From Phoronis australis (Eukaryota; Animalia; Phoronida): DNA of 64,000 bases. Location: contig NMRA01000161.1 of the NCBI GenBank assembly GCA_002633005.1, positions 47,605-111,604 of the forward strand. The letters are read 5' to 3'. Shown here piece after piece: positions 1 to 13,676 of the stretch; position 1 is the stretch's first letter; each line of letters opens with the position of its first letter. The position numbers were made by a program, and so were the translations under genes. The notes under the pieces are model-generated. The model was not told the DNA's origin. It did no database searches and saw only the letters and a program-made list of their open reading frames with translations.

Positions 1-499
1 TACATATATTTGGTATGGATAAGTAGAATATTGCGTAAGGAAATAGTTGATGATGATCCCTGTGCATTTTGAAAAATAATTCGAGGTAAAATTGGATTTG
101 TTGAAAATTAAAAAATGCGATTTTTTAAAAAACGAACTACAAAAATTTTTTTTTCGATTTTTGTCACTTTCAGAGTCATGTCTACCTAGTTAAAACTCCC
201 TTTTTACTCATTTTAGTTAGGAACCTGGAGATTTGATCAGTGTATACACCTACCTTAAGATGTAATAATAAAATTCCTTTTTGAGACACAGAGTCATGAT
301 GGGAACTCTTGAAAGCAGATCGTTGTTAGACACGCAACGCGCCGAGTGATACGAAACTAAATACGAATTGGACGCCCCAGTTTGAGTCGTTGGTTTAAGC
401 GCGTCGTGAGCATAAGATCGAAACAGCGAAATGTCAAATTTCTGATCAAATTTATGAAATTGGGTGAGGAATTATCTCTTTTCACAACTTGGTGCGCCA

Positions 500-3400
500 T
501 TCCATCATGGGCTTTAAATGTCGTCTGCTTACTAAACGCGACAAACTTTCGTTTCATAGTTTAGTCTGGCGTGTTGGCATCGACGTGGCTACAACCCGAG
601 GTCCAAAACTTTGATCTTGCTCCATTGCTTGACGGTGGCGTAAGTTGGCTAAAGAAAACCGCCGCTGCTCCACTACGTGGTCTAATTGACAACCGTGAAG
701 ACACCTCAGAGGCGCAGCGGCGTTCTGTCAAATTGACACATTTAGAACTCATACTGGACAGATTGCTAACTTTTGCTCAGTCATATCCCTTAATTCTATT
801 GTGAAGTCACCCACCTTCGTCCAGGACATTTGGCAGTTCAAAATCCGACAACATTTCGGCTTCGCATCCACAGGAACACAGTTGTCAGACCTGGGACTCA
901 TATCGTTTAGGCCCAATGAACCTGAAGACCTATACCAGCGTCTCACTGAAATTTTCGAGGACAACTTACTTACTGTTGGGTGTGGCGTAACGCATCATGT
1001 CGAACCTGTCGACATCGACGGAGACATGACTCCCTCTCTCGAAAATAATATCGTTTTTTTTTGGTTACAGATCGTCAACCCAGGTCTACATGTACTAGTG
1101 TACCCCAATTTGTTGAGCAGCGATACAGCGCGAAGTTGCCCAAGAAGTCCCTCGCCTCCATCAAGACTTAAATTTCTCAGGCTATGGACTCACTACTTGA
1201 TGAACTTAGATACATCGAAGACACTCGTTCCACGCGTGTAACCAGCTCTAAAACAACTCCCGTCGCCGCTGTAAAAACACCGTTTTTAGTCTTATTCACC
1301 ACCACCTGCACTCCTTCAGAGTACTTCTTGTCTCGGTGCCCGTTCCTCTCTAGTGACGACAAACTTGCCTTTCTCAAAGCACGGTCTACCGACATTGACG
1401 ACGTCGCTGAGGAAGGCTCCCCACAAGACACAACACCTTACCACCAGTCACTGGCTTACCTATGGTGAGTGACATGCGCCACCAAATACGTCACGAGAAG
1501 CAGCGCTCCAAGCGGGTGATTATGGAATTATTTGAACCAATTTTTTTGAGTTTCGTTGGAAAATATGTTAAATTTTTGCTACTGAATTAGTAATGAAATT
1601 AATCAACAATTTATAGAGAACTATGCAAAATTCATTTAGAATGAAATACAGTTCCCTTTTAGGGTCCAAGGCACATATTCGGTAAATCAATTTAGGGACC
1701 AAAAGTCAAAATCCAAATTAACGCCGGGAGTATATTTGGAGGTGACTCGGGTGTACCAATAAGACTTATCTGTTTGTCCTTCACTTGCCGTAACATATTT
1801 CAAAACTGATCAATTTTAACCTGTTTATCTTAACGTTGTTGAAAGCTACTGGGCCGTTTTCTGCCGTGTACTCCTTTTGGCTCGTACTGTAAGGTATACA
1901 TACTGGAAATAACACGCATTAGGCGAAATATTGAAACTCAAAATGTACCTGAGACACTTTCCTTGCCAGTCCGGTTATGTAAGATTACCCTCTAATTAGG
2001 GATTTAAGCTATATCAGTTAGTTAGCAGCAGCCCTTATTAGGCCATCTATTTTGGATCAGAATCTGATTTCGAGATTGATACCCAATAAATTGGGGCTAT
2101 TTCTAAGATAAAATGTCTACGTTTCTGTCATTTTAGTCGTCGACAAAGCATGGTAGTTTAGGGCGTCACTCGGCGTGGCTCGCCCGCTCTGACCCCCTTA
2201 GGTACCCTAATGCGACCAGTACTGTCCTGACTGCGCTGCCGCGCCTCGCGTCCACAAAGTTCAATCTTCTTATCTCGACACGCTTGCTGGTCAAACCCTG
2301 TGCCTTTGACATTTGATTGTGGTACGACAGGGCACAGGTGCCTGCTCGTTGGGCGCGAAAGTTCGTAAAAATTTCCATACCGTCTTGCAAGTCGACGGTA
2401 ATCTACACTACAGGCTGCGGGAAAACTCGACTTGTCTTCATACATGACAAGCATTCTCGCTATCGAGGAGTCCCTTGACTTAGACGTATTGGCAACAAAC
2501 ACATTTATAACTTACAGTGACATTTCTGAATGTCCTGCTCGCAAGGTTATTACGTTTGCTGATAGATCTACATTGTACATACAACAATGGCCAACTATGA
2601 TAAATCCCCACGACCTACGGCGCGACGGTTCTACGCATTACGAGCTGCAGCGCGTACAGAAGGTGTTGGTATTACAGCAGAATACCTCAATTCTCCGTTT
2701 TTAGTCACAACATTTGCAGACGTCGGCCGTTACGATACGTTCTAACCATCTCTCATGGGTGACGTATATTCCTTGCTTCGGAAGATTGCACAATAGAAAT
2801 TCGTGATCAAGCCTGATTTTACCAGTGCTTTCTATCAAATTCCTTTGTCACGAGGTTTCATGAAATATTGTGGCGTATCCACACCGTTCTGAAGTATCCG
2901 TGTCTATGCACATTGCGCCATGGGCATGCCCGGCTCGGAAACCGCTTTGGAAGAGTTGACGTGTCGTGTACTGGGCGAGGTTTTGGAATAACAACCAGTC
3001 ACCAAGCTTGACGACGACCTTTTAGGTGGGAGGCAAATTACCAAGTGGAAAAAGATGCTGTCTGTATTGTTGAAAGCCGACTTCCGTCTATCTCCTACGG
3101 AAATAGTCGTAGTCTCAAGGAGCACACAAGACTTCGGCTGAAATTAGGAGATGGGTAATTTACAATCTAGCCCACATCGCATAGCTGCTGTCACGTCTTG
3201 TCTCAAAGCTAGTACTGTTCGAGAGATGAGATCCTTCATCGGAACCGGTAAAGTTATGGCGAGAGTAATACCTCACTGCGCCTCTTTCATCACCCCCACT
3301 GGACAGAGCTATATCTGGTTGCAAATCAACAGACTGCATTGCCCGAGTTACAGATTTCCTTCACCTCGGCCCACCTCTGTCCACACACCAAACCATCACT

Positions 3401-4160
3401 CTATCCCGACTGGACGACCAGCTATGGATCGTCAATGATGCCTCCATCAAATACCCAGGTATCGCTGGTACACTATACATGTATCTCACTCGTGAAGACA
3501 AGCCAGGTGTCTGCATTTTGTTCAGTGCAAAACTAACGACAGGTTACTTGGCTGTCATGTGATATTGAAGCTCTTGCCATAGCGCCTCCGTCAAACAATT
3601 TAGCTCCTATCTGATTCAGTCAGCATATCCCGCTATCATATACTTACAGACAGCAAGCTTTATGTAAGAACTTACGAAAAGCTCTGCACAGGAGAATCTT
3701 CAGTCAGTCCTGGTGTGTCAACGTATCTATCCACCGTCCCTCGCTAGTCGCCACAGCCCAGCTAGGCAATGACCATCGCCTCTGTTGGCCCGAAGCAGAG
3801 GCGATGTAGAGGCTATAGGCGCTCTGTACGCCGGAAGCTTTTCGGCGAATTTTGCCTCGCACCGACTAAACCATCAAAGTCACGTTGTTCTAAATACCTT
3901 TTGCGCATAGAGGAACACCTTAGGAGGTTGCCGATGTGTTTAATTCCTTCCAACTCGAACAAATACTCCCGTTATGTTATGAAACTTTTTCTTCGAGCCC
4001 TCAAAGAAAGTCACCAATGCTCGAGAAGTTAAAGGCTATCTCATCGCCAGATCATTTAAGCCTACTTGTGGTTCGCTGACACAAACCTCTCGTAGCTCGT
4101 GAAGAATGCATCATCGTTCCACGTGCCATCTTGTACGGCTTACTCACGGCACTTCACAGG
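500..4160 (+). mobile_element. Decayed Ty3/Gypsy-type LTR retrotransposon internal region (gag-protease-RT-RNaseH-start of integrase), with many stops and frameshifts
   Basis: Gag-like IWQ..IRQHFGF..EPEDLYQRL..EDNLL (801-1241). Protease-like LTFDCG (~2305). RT in frame +1 at 2701-3300: [59 protein letters not shown]. RNase H LWIVNDAS..QVTWLSCDIEALAIA..LTDSK (3420-3740). Integrase N-terminus ECIIVPRAILYGLLTALH (~4100-4157). Domain order is Gypsy. An unrelated AT-rich stretch occupies ~1500-2140. Confidence 0.9.
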
Positions 4161-4345
4161 ACTTTCTAAAACCACTCTGAGGTGGTGGCGTGTTACAACT
4201 ATTATTAAAATCTCTTAGTCTATTTACAGTGACATCTTTTCTGTTTACACTGTCACGACGTTTCGGTCGGTCTACTCTCCGGCCATCGTCAGGTGTTATT
4301 AGAAGAACGAGCACGGATATGTGGTACACTCATGGTGTGATTTTT

Positions 4346-4427
4346 GTCCGAGGCAGGTTTTGAACCCACGACTTCCGAAACTACAGATAATTCGAGTCCA
4401 GCACCTTAACCACTACACCACGGAGTC
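4346..4427 (-). pseudogene. tRNA-Ser(CGA)-like pseudogene or tRNA-derived SINE head
   Basis: Minus strand reads GACTCCGTGGTGTAGTGGTTAAGGTGCTGGACTCGAAT...CGTGGGTTCAAAACCTGCCTCGGAC. It has an A-box/D-arm, a CT-CGA-A anticodon-like loop, a long variable region and a B-box. Acceptor and anticodon stems pair poorly. Confidence 0.6.
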
Positions 4428-5756
4428 ATGGTTATCCGTACATTTCCGGCTTTAGGTTTCCAGGGCCTTCAAAAAGAACAAACTCCTTAAACACCATCGC
4501 ATTTCAATTGAGATCGGATGCTTCATTTCTGGCGGCACCGACAACATGGCGACTTTTGCTGAACTGAAAGGCATGTTCAACCGGTTACTTTGTAATTTGT
4601 GAAGATTTAATGTTGATACATTTTGCCAAACGTTGCTACAAAAAAGGATTTTCGTGTTTGTGTGCAACAATATAAGGTACATTTGAATTATTTTACTGTG
4701 AATTTCCCATTCAGGTGATCTTACACTAAGCTGAAAATAGTTGAAATAATTTGGAAATGATTTTTTTGATCGTCAATTGCTGTTCAAGGCTTGATTAGGT
4801 GTCACAAAATGGTTCATATTTTTCTAAATTTTAAGTCTAAATTTCTTTGAAGTCATGTTTTGTACCTTGTTGCTTTCTTAATTCAGGTTATCAAGTCAAC
4901 AATATGAAAAATCTTAATTAGAGAAATAGGCTATGTTGGATTGTGAAGCTTCAAGCCTTCAATTCTCGATCCTTGCAACTTTATATTTTTAAATCATGCT
5001 TGTCAAATTCTGGTGTAAAGAAACATTATTCGGTCACCATGGTAGTAGTTACATACATGTCCACTTTCATATCATAACAAAATTGTGCAGTTAGACAGTG
5101 TTTGTAATGCTTAAATGTATAAAGTAGTGTGCATTCTAAGTTACTTATTATGGTAAAAGGTTGGATCATTTTGGCTTACATGGCGTTCCTATACTGAGAT
5201 TATTTCAGTTTTGACTGATGTACAGTAGATATAAATGTCAACTACCGTGAAAGGCTTTACGTAGTAATACACTTTATTCACGTTAAGACATTAAATACAA
5301 TTAATAAAAAATAATGCTTATGGAGACTCTGTGAAGGAACTGAAACCAAGTATAGAGTTCCGACTGAAAGCACTTGATTTTGATTTGAACTGTGGAATAC
5401 CTAAATGATTAAATCATGATCGTCCTCTGATTTAATCTTTCATTTCAATGATTGAGTGACCAAAGCATGATATAATTAGCTCTCTATAAATAATATGTTC
5501 ACTAGCATCTTCAGGCAATATTTCATGATGCCTTGGGTTTACTATTATTTCAATAGATTAATACATCAATTTAAAGAAAAAACATGACATAGTTGAAAAC
5601 CAAGTTCACTGGAAGTTTTTCAGTCATGGGTTCTTGCAATTCTGTCATTGAAATTGCCACCTCCACACAAATTATAATTATCGATGTGGTTCAGTTTGAC
5701 ACCGGAATAACCAGCCCGTAATTTTATGCAAGTGTCTGAAATTACCTTTGTATGTA

Positions 5757-6739
5757 CAGTGGCGGATCTAGGATATCACAAGGGGGGCCCAACATTTTGT
5801 CCGGCTGTAAGCATTTGCGCAAAGTGAACCACAATTGTAGATGCGCATAGCACCGAATGGGGGGAGGTCGGGAGGGGGGTTTGCCCCCCTTCCGCCCAGG
5901 AAATTTTTCTGTTTTTACCTCTAAAAATCAAGCATTTTCCTTTATTCCTGAAGTATTATCCAAGAAAAAAAGGCAAAAAAAAAACGCAGAACGTCAAACA
6001 GGAAAAAATGCAAGTGTCAAAGATTCGAACACACGCCCTAGCGATTAGAGCGCGCTTACACAAGCACTACACCACCACATTACAAATGTTATACTAAAAG
6101 ACCTACTTGTTTATGGTCCACAGCCTTTGCGCGCGAAACATACTTGTTTTTGTAATGCTTCTTACACGTTTTATATTTTATGTTATCAATTCTTAACAAA
6201 TTTGTCGTATTTAAAATAGCCTTCAAATGCCCAAAAGACCAAATCCGTTTTTCGTGTTGGCAATAATGACGGGGTTGCTTTGGAAATCGTCTTAAGATAA
6301 GGTTTGACGAAGAGAGTATTGCGAGTTTCTGAGTGATTTACTAAGGCTTCGATTAAAATTCACATCTTACCAGCAGCTTCTGTTTTTTCATCGTCACTCA
6401 GGTTCCATTTTCTTTAAAAAATGAAGTAAATTTTCTTCATTGCACAGTGGAGCAGACGACGGAAACAGAGTCGTAGTGCGCAGCGCCACTGCCGGTCGCC
6501 TGGGATATTGCGGGAGAGCCTAAACTTAGCCACAGTTCCGTTACGAATGCGTCGTGTTCAGAATTTGACACTTGAAATTGGATTTGAGCCCCCCCTCCAA
6601 CACTAAAACTGCACATATTTAAATCATTTTTCATCCGTATAATTTTAATTACCGGGGTTAATTAATAAACTCAACATTTCCCTACGCTCTTACTGCTTTA
6701 CTTACTGCCCCCTGGCTCCCCCCCCTAAATCCGCCTATG
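5757..6739. mobile_element. Non-autonomous TIR element (MITE-like), CA..TG termini, 5-bp TSD
   Basis: CAGTGGCGGATCTAGG ... CCTAAATCCGCCTATG imperfect TIRs. ATGTA lies directly on both sides (5752-5756, 6740-6744). Confidence 0.8.
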
Positions 6740-7026
6740 ATGTATACGGCATTTGTGATTTGAACATTTTACTTCGAGCTTGCAACCGCATGCCTTTACC
6801 GTTCGCCAGTGTCTGGTCTCGGTCCGCACGAGGCCCGATCCGCTGCGGGCCTTAGTCTGGCAAAATAATTTCAGTCAAAATGTATTTGCCACAATTCGAT
6901 GCAGTTATCCGTATTTTGATTTTATTAACGTCAAGGCGCGCTGTCGATTATTTTATCGCCGTTTGCAGGCTGGTAACAGACACTGCTCCAGTCGCACTGA
7001 CTTCATATACAGAAATGTATACTAAG

Positions 7027-7182
7027 CCTGCCTCTCGTTCAGTAACGCTAGGACCTCGCTAAAAAGCAAGACTTCGAGAGATTACGCGAGAAATTGCCGT
7101 GTATTTTAAATGAGAACACGTGACTTTGACTAGGTTTTAGCTAGGTCCTAGCGTAGGTCCTAGCGTGTACTGAACACACGCC
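7027..7182. mobile_element. Small MITE; a second, partial copy at ~7791-7912
   Basis: GTTCAGTAACGCTAGGACCT ... AGGTCCTAGCGTGTACTGAAC inverted ends. About 120 bp is repeated directly at 7791-7912, inside the Kolobok-like fragment. Confidence 0.65.
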
Positions 7183-7320
7183 TGGGTTCCTAAATGAGTT
7201 GTACTTCAGGGTTCGCGGTAAGTTCAAAATGGCGGTGTGTTCTTCGGGTCCGAATCATGAGTGGCGCGTTTCTTTAAACTTTATTCGATTACGGATTGTG
7301 TATTAGTTATGGGGTAGGTA

Positions 7321-8026
7321 CTAATGAGACAGACTTTGTTTCAGTTTTATATAAGCATTGGTTAGAGTGAGAATAGTTCATTTTGAAACAGAACGCAGAA
7401 TAATAAACGTCTACATGACAACTCGCCCGGCGCCAATCCCGACTTAGTTGAGAGCTAATCCGACGAAGACTTCACGGGTCAGATCGTTAGTTCGAACTGG
7501 AATACACTGATCAGGAAATATGCTAGAGAGGTGCTGTGAACATGCAGGGTCACGGAACATATGGATAGTTCTTTGGTTAACCTGAATTCGTCAGAGAAAT
7601 CACTGTCGACGAAATGCTAGCCACAGACACGGATTTGTTTCACGGCCCCATATTTGCTATTAACAGCCTACTTTACATTCTTCACTACCGCGAGCCACTG
7701 CTATTAACAGCGTACTTTTCATTCTTCACTACTGCGAGCCACTTCCTAAGCATTTCGGGCTCTCGAGGAAATAAAAAAAACGATATAACCGCCTCCCGTT
7801 CAGTAACGCTAGGACCTCGCTAAAAAGCAAGACTTCGCGAGATTACGTGAGATATTGCTGTTTATTTTAAGTAAGAACACGTGACTTTGACTAGGTTTTT
7901 GCTAGGCTCTAGAGTTTGGACATGCGGTATCGATGCACCGCAATATAGCGGCATTCACTCTGCAGATGTGGATATAGACCGATTAAGATGGTAAAACCGA
8001 CTAATTAAATCGGATGCCATTCTCCT
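7321..8026. mobile_element. Partial (one-ended) copy of the Kolobok-like THAP-bearing element
   Basis: Clearly similar to 26385-27021. Ends ...GATGCCATTCTCCT|TTAA. Minus strand reads AVNSKYGAVKQIRVCG*HFVD. Confidence 0.8.
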
Positions 8027-8369
8027 TTAATGTCTTAACGCAGATAGGCTTTCTGTCCACGCGTACATGTGCAATGTAGGCACTAAACGCAGCAACTAGA
8101 TTGGTTAACTTTTTAAACTCTCCTCAATTTTGGACTTTTTAAAACGCCATATTCGCCGTATTCGTGTCTTCTATTTGCTTAGCTAAGTACATGTATGTGC
8201 GTGTGCATGTGCGTGTGTGTGTGTTTGTGTCTTTGGCCGTCACTTGCCCCGATGTCGTTTTTGTTAATGCTATTTCTGAGAAGTAGGCCTACTGTTATCT
8301 GTGATATTCCCGTGAAATTAAATTTTTGAAAATGGGAGTAAGCTCACCTTGAAAAGGAACCCAATCCAG

Positions 8370-8770
8370 TGACTGTTTTTTTGGATAGTTTTGAGATTTG
8401 ACCACAGGGCGGGACAGCTATTGGATGCTGGATGTCAACCAACTAATCAACTGACTTTTTTAGATAGTTTTAAGATTTGACCACCAGGTGGGGCAACTAT
8501 TGGATGTTGAATGTCAGTCAACCAACTACCTAGCTTTCTTGGGATAATTTTACAATTTGACCACCAGGTGTGGCAGTAGTAACGTGTACACCTAACTAGT
8601 TGTTTGATATCCATACAAGATTCTGATCATTTTACTATTTAGACACCAGGGTCATTGGTTGTTAACATAGCCCAACTCACAACCTGATTCCTTATTTCGA
8701 GGTGTTAAAATAGTAACGTATACACCTAACTATTTGGTTGATGTCCATGTAAGATTATGACATGTATGAA
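8370..8770. repeat. Degenerate ~80-bp tandem repeat (x3) plus a repeated TAGTAACGTRTACACCTAACT block
   Basis: ATTTGACCAC(C)AGG recurs at ~8396, ~8475 and ~8555. Confidence 0.6.
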
Positions 8771-9830
8771 TTTCCCACACGTCATAAGCCATATTTTCCC
8801 GCTTGACTAAAAAGAAAAAGCGGGACGTTTAATGTTTTTTTTTCGGCGCCTGCAATTTCCCAGTCAACTATAAACACAACAAGAACGTCTTTGGGCATTT
8901 TTGGCTTTTATATCACACAAATCTCTGTGCTGTCGGTACGTCTTTACGCATTTTAGCCAACATTTCACCCTTACGTTTTGGCTTAGAATTAGATGTCCCG
9001 ATTTTTATCCTGAAGTCCCACTTTTCAATCAACCTGTGCCGTTTTTTCGTTTCTGAATGTTGACTGTGACAGCTATGCAACAGGTTTTCAAAACAACATT
9101 GCCTCTTTTTATGAACATTGTTATTTTCTAGAGTCCACTTGGCTTTAGTAGCATAACAATCGTAAAAATGTGTTCCTCTGTCTTTTGCTTACGATGAAAC
9201 TACTACATGTATTTATATTCTAAAACCATTGTCTTTGTAGGGTAGAAATATTTTGAATCATTGAGATTATTTCCTAATTTCTCAAGTAATCATTTTTGTA
9301 ACCTATCTGGTTCATTTCCTTCGGTGTTACTATTACGCGCTGTTATCTTTCGCATTTTGGTAGGACTCTTGGTTTTTAGAATTAAAACATGTTTTAAACC
9401 GGCCAAGTAACGGAAATGAAAACTACTTTTAACTGATATTAGTTATCCTTTGCTTCTGGTCATCAAGAACTGACAGAGGACTTTCTTATCATATGGGCCT
9501 TGTGTAACTCGGTTGAAAACCTGCAGAGTTGCCAATTCCATAGCAAGTATACAAACGGGAACAAACGAATGCCAACAATTCTCACTCATGCGCGCAGCAA
9601 CCTCAGCGGCCGCGAGATCGAAGTTTTCATTCCAGGGCTAGAGCGCCGAAAGAATTAATGACAACGCCAGGCAATACTTGACAACAGCTGAGATAAACTG
9701 ATGAGGAACCTGCCTTTTAGACATGCTAAATGCACGCACGTTTGTGTTTCGTTTTGTTCCACACAAACACGATTAAATTACAACACAGTTTATGCCCCGC
9801 ATTATGTTCCCCCATCGGAAAGCCTCTCCC

Positions 9831-9962
9831 CTTAACCAATCGGCGTCTACTAGTACATGTTTATTGACATCATCTTAACCAATCGGCGTCTACTAGTACA
9901 TGTTTATTGACATCATCTTAACCAATCGGCATCTACTAGTACATGTTTATTGACATCATCTT
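9831..9962. repeat. 43-bp minisatellite x3
   Basis: CTTAACCAATCGGCGTCTACTAGTACATGTTTATTGACATCAT three times with one substitution. Each unit holds a CCAAT. Confidence 0.95.
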
Positions 9963-10950
9963 TGTAAGACAGCACCTCCCCACACTAAGTACAAACTGAA
10001 CAGCTGATCGCTGGTTGGGACCGTCAAAAATTAATTACTTTGCTCAAGAAACGTTTACTTAGCACTCAGAAAGATTGCCGACTTTTGGCATAAGTGAATT
10101 TATAACGCGATTACTAACCAATACAATCGTATCAGGTAAAGTACCATTCGTACAGCCACGGAGATCTGTGAAGACTATCGATTCACTCACGCCAACAATT
10201 AGTATTGAAATATTTGAACCAATATAAAATGTCATACAACGGCGACGTTTCATACTAAATTAAAATAACGACAAAAGTCCCAAAATCTATCTTGGAAAAA
10301 CATATTTATTTTTCAGGTATATATCCTGACTATCTACTAACAATATCCCCGACAATATGGCACTACTGCACTGGTCGGTACCGCTGTTTGCTAGGCAATT
10401 ACATCGCCGTGTACATTGCAGGCGTACAAATGTGATAGTGTACCCCCAATAAGAAGTTTCTCATATCGAAATGCAGCGCATAGCATCTCATGAAACAAGA
10501 AATTGTAATCAATATTTCACATTGACTATGAAGACAATTTAATCAACATATCCATGAAACTTTGTGCGATTCACTCCCACTTCCTTCACAGGCGGGCCAC
10601 TTTTCCCATTGGGCTTGGTATTAAAATAAATGTTTTGTTGTCCTATGTAAATGAAGGAAGTTGCATACTTTCAAAATTATCGTAATATGTCTTTATGGCT
10701 TTGCATTGTACCTTTCCAGTAGACCATGCTGATACCAGGCCGAATCGTTATCAGATGATCCTCCATTTGACAATGTTTGGGAGCATTAGACCGCAAAATA
10801 GTTAAAAATATAGATAGAATTTACTTGGAAGAAGTTACCGATGATAACATTTCTAAACATTGTTCATTTGTACTAAACTAGCAGTCCACCCTAAGCCTTA
10901 TATTCCATTGTTAGAAACAACACCTGAACAAGTGAATGTAAGCAACTATC

Positions 10951-11105
10951 CCGCGCATGCGCGGCGCAAGCTCGGCCTCGCGTGCCACCAGTTAATTTCA
11001 GTTCTAGTGTCACGCCCGGTGTCAGGTACATCTTGTTGCATGCGGGATATTCGCTTCATGTCAGATACTATAAATGGGGACCATTTATCCGTCGAGAGTC
11101 AGACC
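10951..11105 (+). promoter_or_regulatory. Candidate Pol II core promoter
   Basis: Palindrome CCGCGCATGCGCGG (NRF-1-like GCGCATGCGC) at 10951-10964. TATAAAT at 11069-11075. Inr-like TCAGAC at 11099-11104, ~30 nt after TATA. A consensus donor GTAAGT follows at 11138. Confidence 0.6.
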
Positions 11106-11137
11106 AAGACATCAACTCGACACGATTTGACAAGTTG
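11101..11137 (+). other. Putative non-coding exon 1 (5' UTR)
   Basis: Lies between the Inr-like site and the TTG|GTAAGT donor. Contains no ATG. Confidence 0.5.
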
Positions 11138-11655
11138 GTAAGTCTAATGTCTCAGGAGCTTATTACATATTTGACAATGGAAATTCACTTTGTAAAGCTA
11201 TTGCCATTGTTTACACTGTTATTGCTACTATACGCTGCGACAGGCAACAAACACACACTATGAGGCACGTCATTGACTGCGCGCTCTGCGAAGTGAACTT
11301 TTTATTGCGCGTTATGAGAATGGTAATACGCGCTAGCATCGTTGGTGAAATGAATAGGCGTACATTATGTGTCTTAAGTAATTATTGTTAACAACTTAAA
11401 TTCATTTTTACGTCGCGCATTCATTCTTGACGGTGTATATTAATTACGGCGTGCCGCGCTCGCACATATATCAATTTTCGCTGCTAAAGGTTAAATTGCA
11501 TCGTAAATAACTACAGAACTTGTAGTTGATGCTCTACATAATTAGTTTACGCCCTTCACAATAATTAATAACCATTTGTCATTTAGCCAACAATACGTCA
11601 GTGAATGCTTGAAAACAAGTACCGTGATTTGTGGTCAAATCCTTCAAACCAAAAC

Positions 11656-11800
11656 CATGGGCGGCTTTCCATACGGGGTTGGGGGTGGGGGCTATAGCCC
11701 ACACTTTTTGCAGTGTTGCGCCGCCCATGGTCTATGGGCGGTGCATCACAGGGGGACTGAGGAGCTATAGCCCCCACTTTTTCAGTGCTGCACCGCCATG
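11656..11800. mobile_element. Two tandem ~70-bp mini-TIR elements
   Basis: CATGGGCGGC..GCCGCCCATG (11656-11729) and TATGGGCGGTGCA..TGCACCGCCATG (~11733-11800). Both share the internal GCTATAGCCC.CACTTTTT. Flanks are AAAAC/GAAAC. Confidence 0.65.
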
Positions 11801-13507
11801 GAAACAAATGTGTTTTACATGTTCAGTCTATTGAATGCCACGAACTAGCTTCCAGTGCATCTCGAACCAGCAAACAGTAGTCGTAACAGTAATATAAACA
11901 TGTAGACTGTGAGGGTAATTTGTTTTGGAAAACTTCTAACAGTGCGCTATGCACGACTCAGCCTCTGCTGAACGCACCGAAGACAAGTAACGTGTAATAA
12001 GTGGTCAATAGATTAAATCAATACAGCATTTAATAACAGGATTTAAACTGGATGACAGTTTTCTAAAGTATGGCTGATTTACAATTCATACATTTCAATT
12101 ACGGTAAAATCTAGAAAGTCGGAACTCTCTACGCTTCTGACCGTACATTTACATGTATTTATACATGTATTGTAAAGAGAATATGTTAAAAATCTCAAAT
12201 ATTTTCTACCTTATGAATTATTTACTTGGCGTTAGCCAAAGTTGTCGAATGGTGAGCGAAGCCATTCCTTCATACAAAGGTTTTAGTTACTTTTAGATTA
12301 TCCAGAACCTTATCCACAAATCTGTGTTAGACAACTACTACAGAATTTAACTCTGTGAAAGCAGGATATATTTTTCTGAAATAAGAACTCTGTAGAATTT
12401 GGTTTTTATCTCTATAGAAAACTATAGCGACTTTGGTCTTGTCACCATGTCTTGTAATAAAAGTTTAAATTAGCAAAAAGACAAACAACATAAATAACTT
12501 GACCAAATTTCTTTCGGTATATATTTCCAAGATGCAATTCCTAAAACGCTGTTGATCACAGTTCATTTGATTCGTTTTATAAAGAATTTAAATGTTGGCC
12601 ATCCCCATTAAACTGAGGCTTCGCCTTGGTGTGCTTGGAAGAGAAATTAAAAATATACCTTTCACGATAAGGACAGTTATGAGCCTGATTTTATGAGAAT
12701 GAAATACCTAATTGAATTTCCATTGCAGCCAGCTAAATGGGGAAAAATGAGTTCTAGGTCCAATTACATGTAATACTCACCTTTTACTTTCAGCCGAAAA
12801 TGTAACTTTAAGTTAGACCACATATCGCAATAACATTTGTCTCGTATAACTTCTTACTGAGATTAGAACTGAACTCTATGCTTGGCAAGAACTTTTTTGT
12901 TTCAGCCATGTCTCAAGTTGCTTTTCACGGCGGATTAATGTCTGACGTCAAAGTAGTTTGAGCCGTCACAGGAATTCCTAGCGTTTCATTGCAACCAATT
13001 TCAATTCAAGCAAAGTACATGCATAAGAGCACGCAATTGTTAATACGCCTGTGGAGAAATGTGTCGTTTGCGCAAGGTCGTGGTTAATAGCGGCTATAAT
13101 TTAGAAGAACTTTGATGTGCCTGACAACCGTACGTGTTAGTTGTGAACGATAGATTTGAATGCAGACAAAAGCAAAGTTTTTTTGCTGTAACTTTAGCGC
13201 TGTTTCGGTAATTGACTCGCCGTCGTGAATATTCCGTTTCTTTTAATACCGAGTGATGAATAGTTCGACTTAATTTTGTGACGAATCACAAGTCAAATAA
13301 GGCAGATAAGCACTTCCCGGTTATGATAGGGTTGGAATGAAGTTTGTCTCACTGCTGTTTTTTTGCAATAAGCCCACCAAACAGCATTAATATAAATTCA
13401 ACAAGTGGTTCATCAAGAAATATTATCTTGGCAACTACCGTACATACATGTAAAACAGATATCCATGTTATGACTCTTTCTAGACCTCTTGAAGAGACAA
13501 AACAATC

Positions 13508-13572
13508 ATGACTAAGCCGACCAAGGTCCTCGCTTTGCTTACCATCGTGACATGTATGCTGCTCTTTGTTAG
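13508..13572 (+). CDS. First coding exon (exon starts 13484): signal peptide MTKPTKVLALLTIVTCMLLFV, phase-2 end
   Basis: Acceptor CTCTTTCTAG| at 13483. ATG in ACAATCATG context. Basic n-region and hydrophobic core. Strong donor AG|GTGAGT. Confidence 0.8.
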
Positions 13573-13676
13573 GTGAGTATTGTGTCCATGTTTCACATTC
13601 TAATGCTCTGTGAAAAAGTTTCTTTTAATAAAAGAGATCACATATTAGACTCACGTCATCTCAAGCTATGACGTCA

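Noticed and set aside
261-4320. Paired LTRs for the Gypsy relic (TG starts at 261 and ~4191)
   Set aside because: No convincing direct repeat, PBS or TSD could be aligned by eye.
10982-11263. ORF ending in a hydrophobic, signal-like stretch (MEIHFVKLLPLFTLLLLLYAATG)
   Set aside because: It lies past the GTAAGT donor at 11138 and stops immediately with no donor. The 13508 exon is much better supported.
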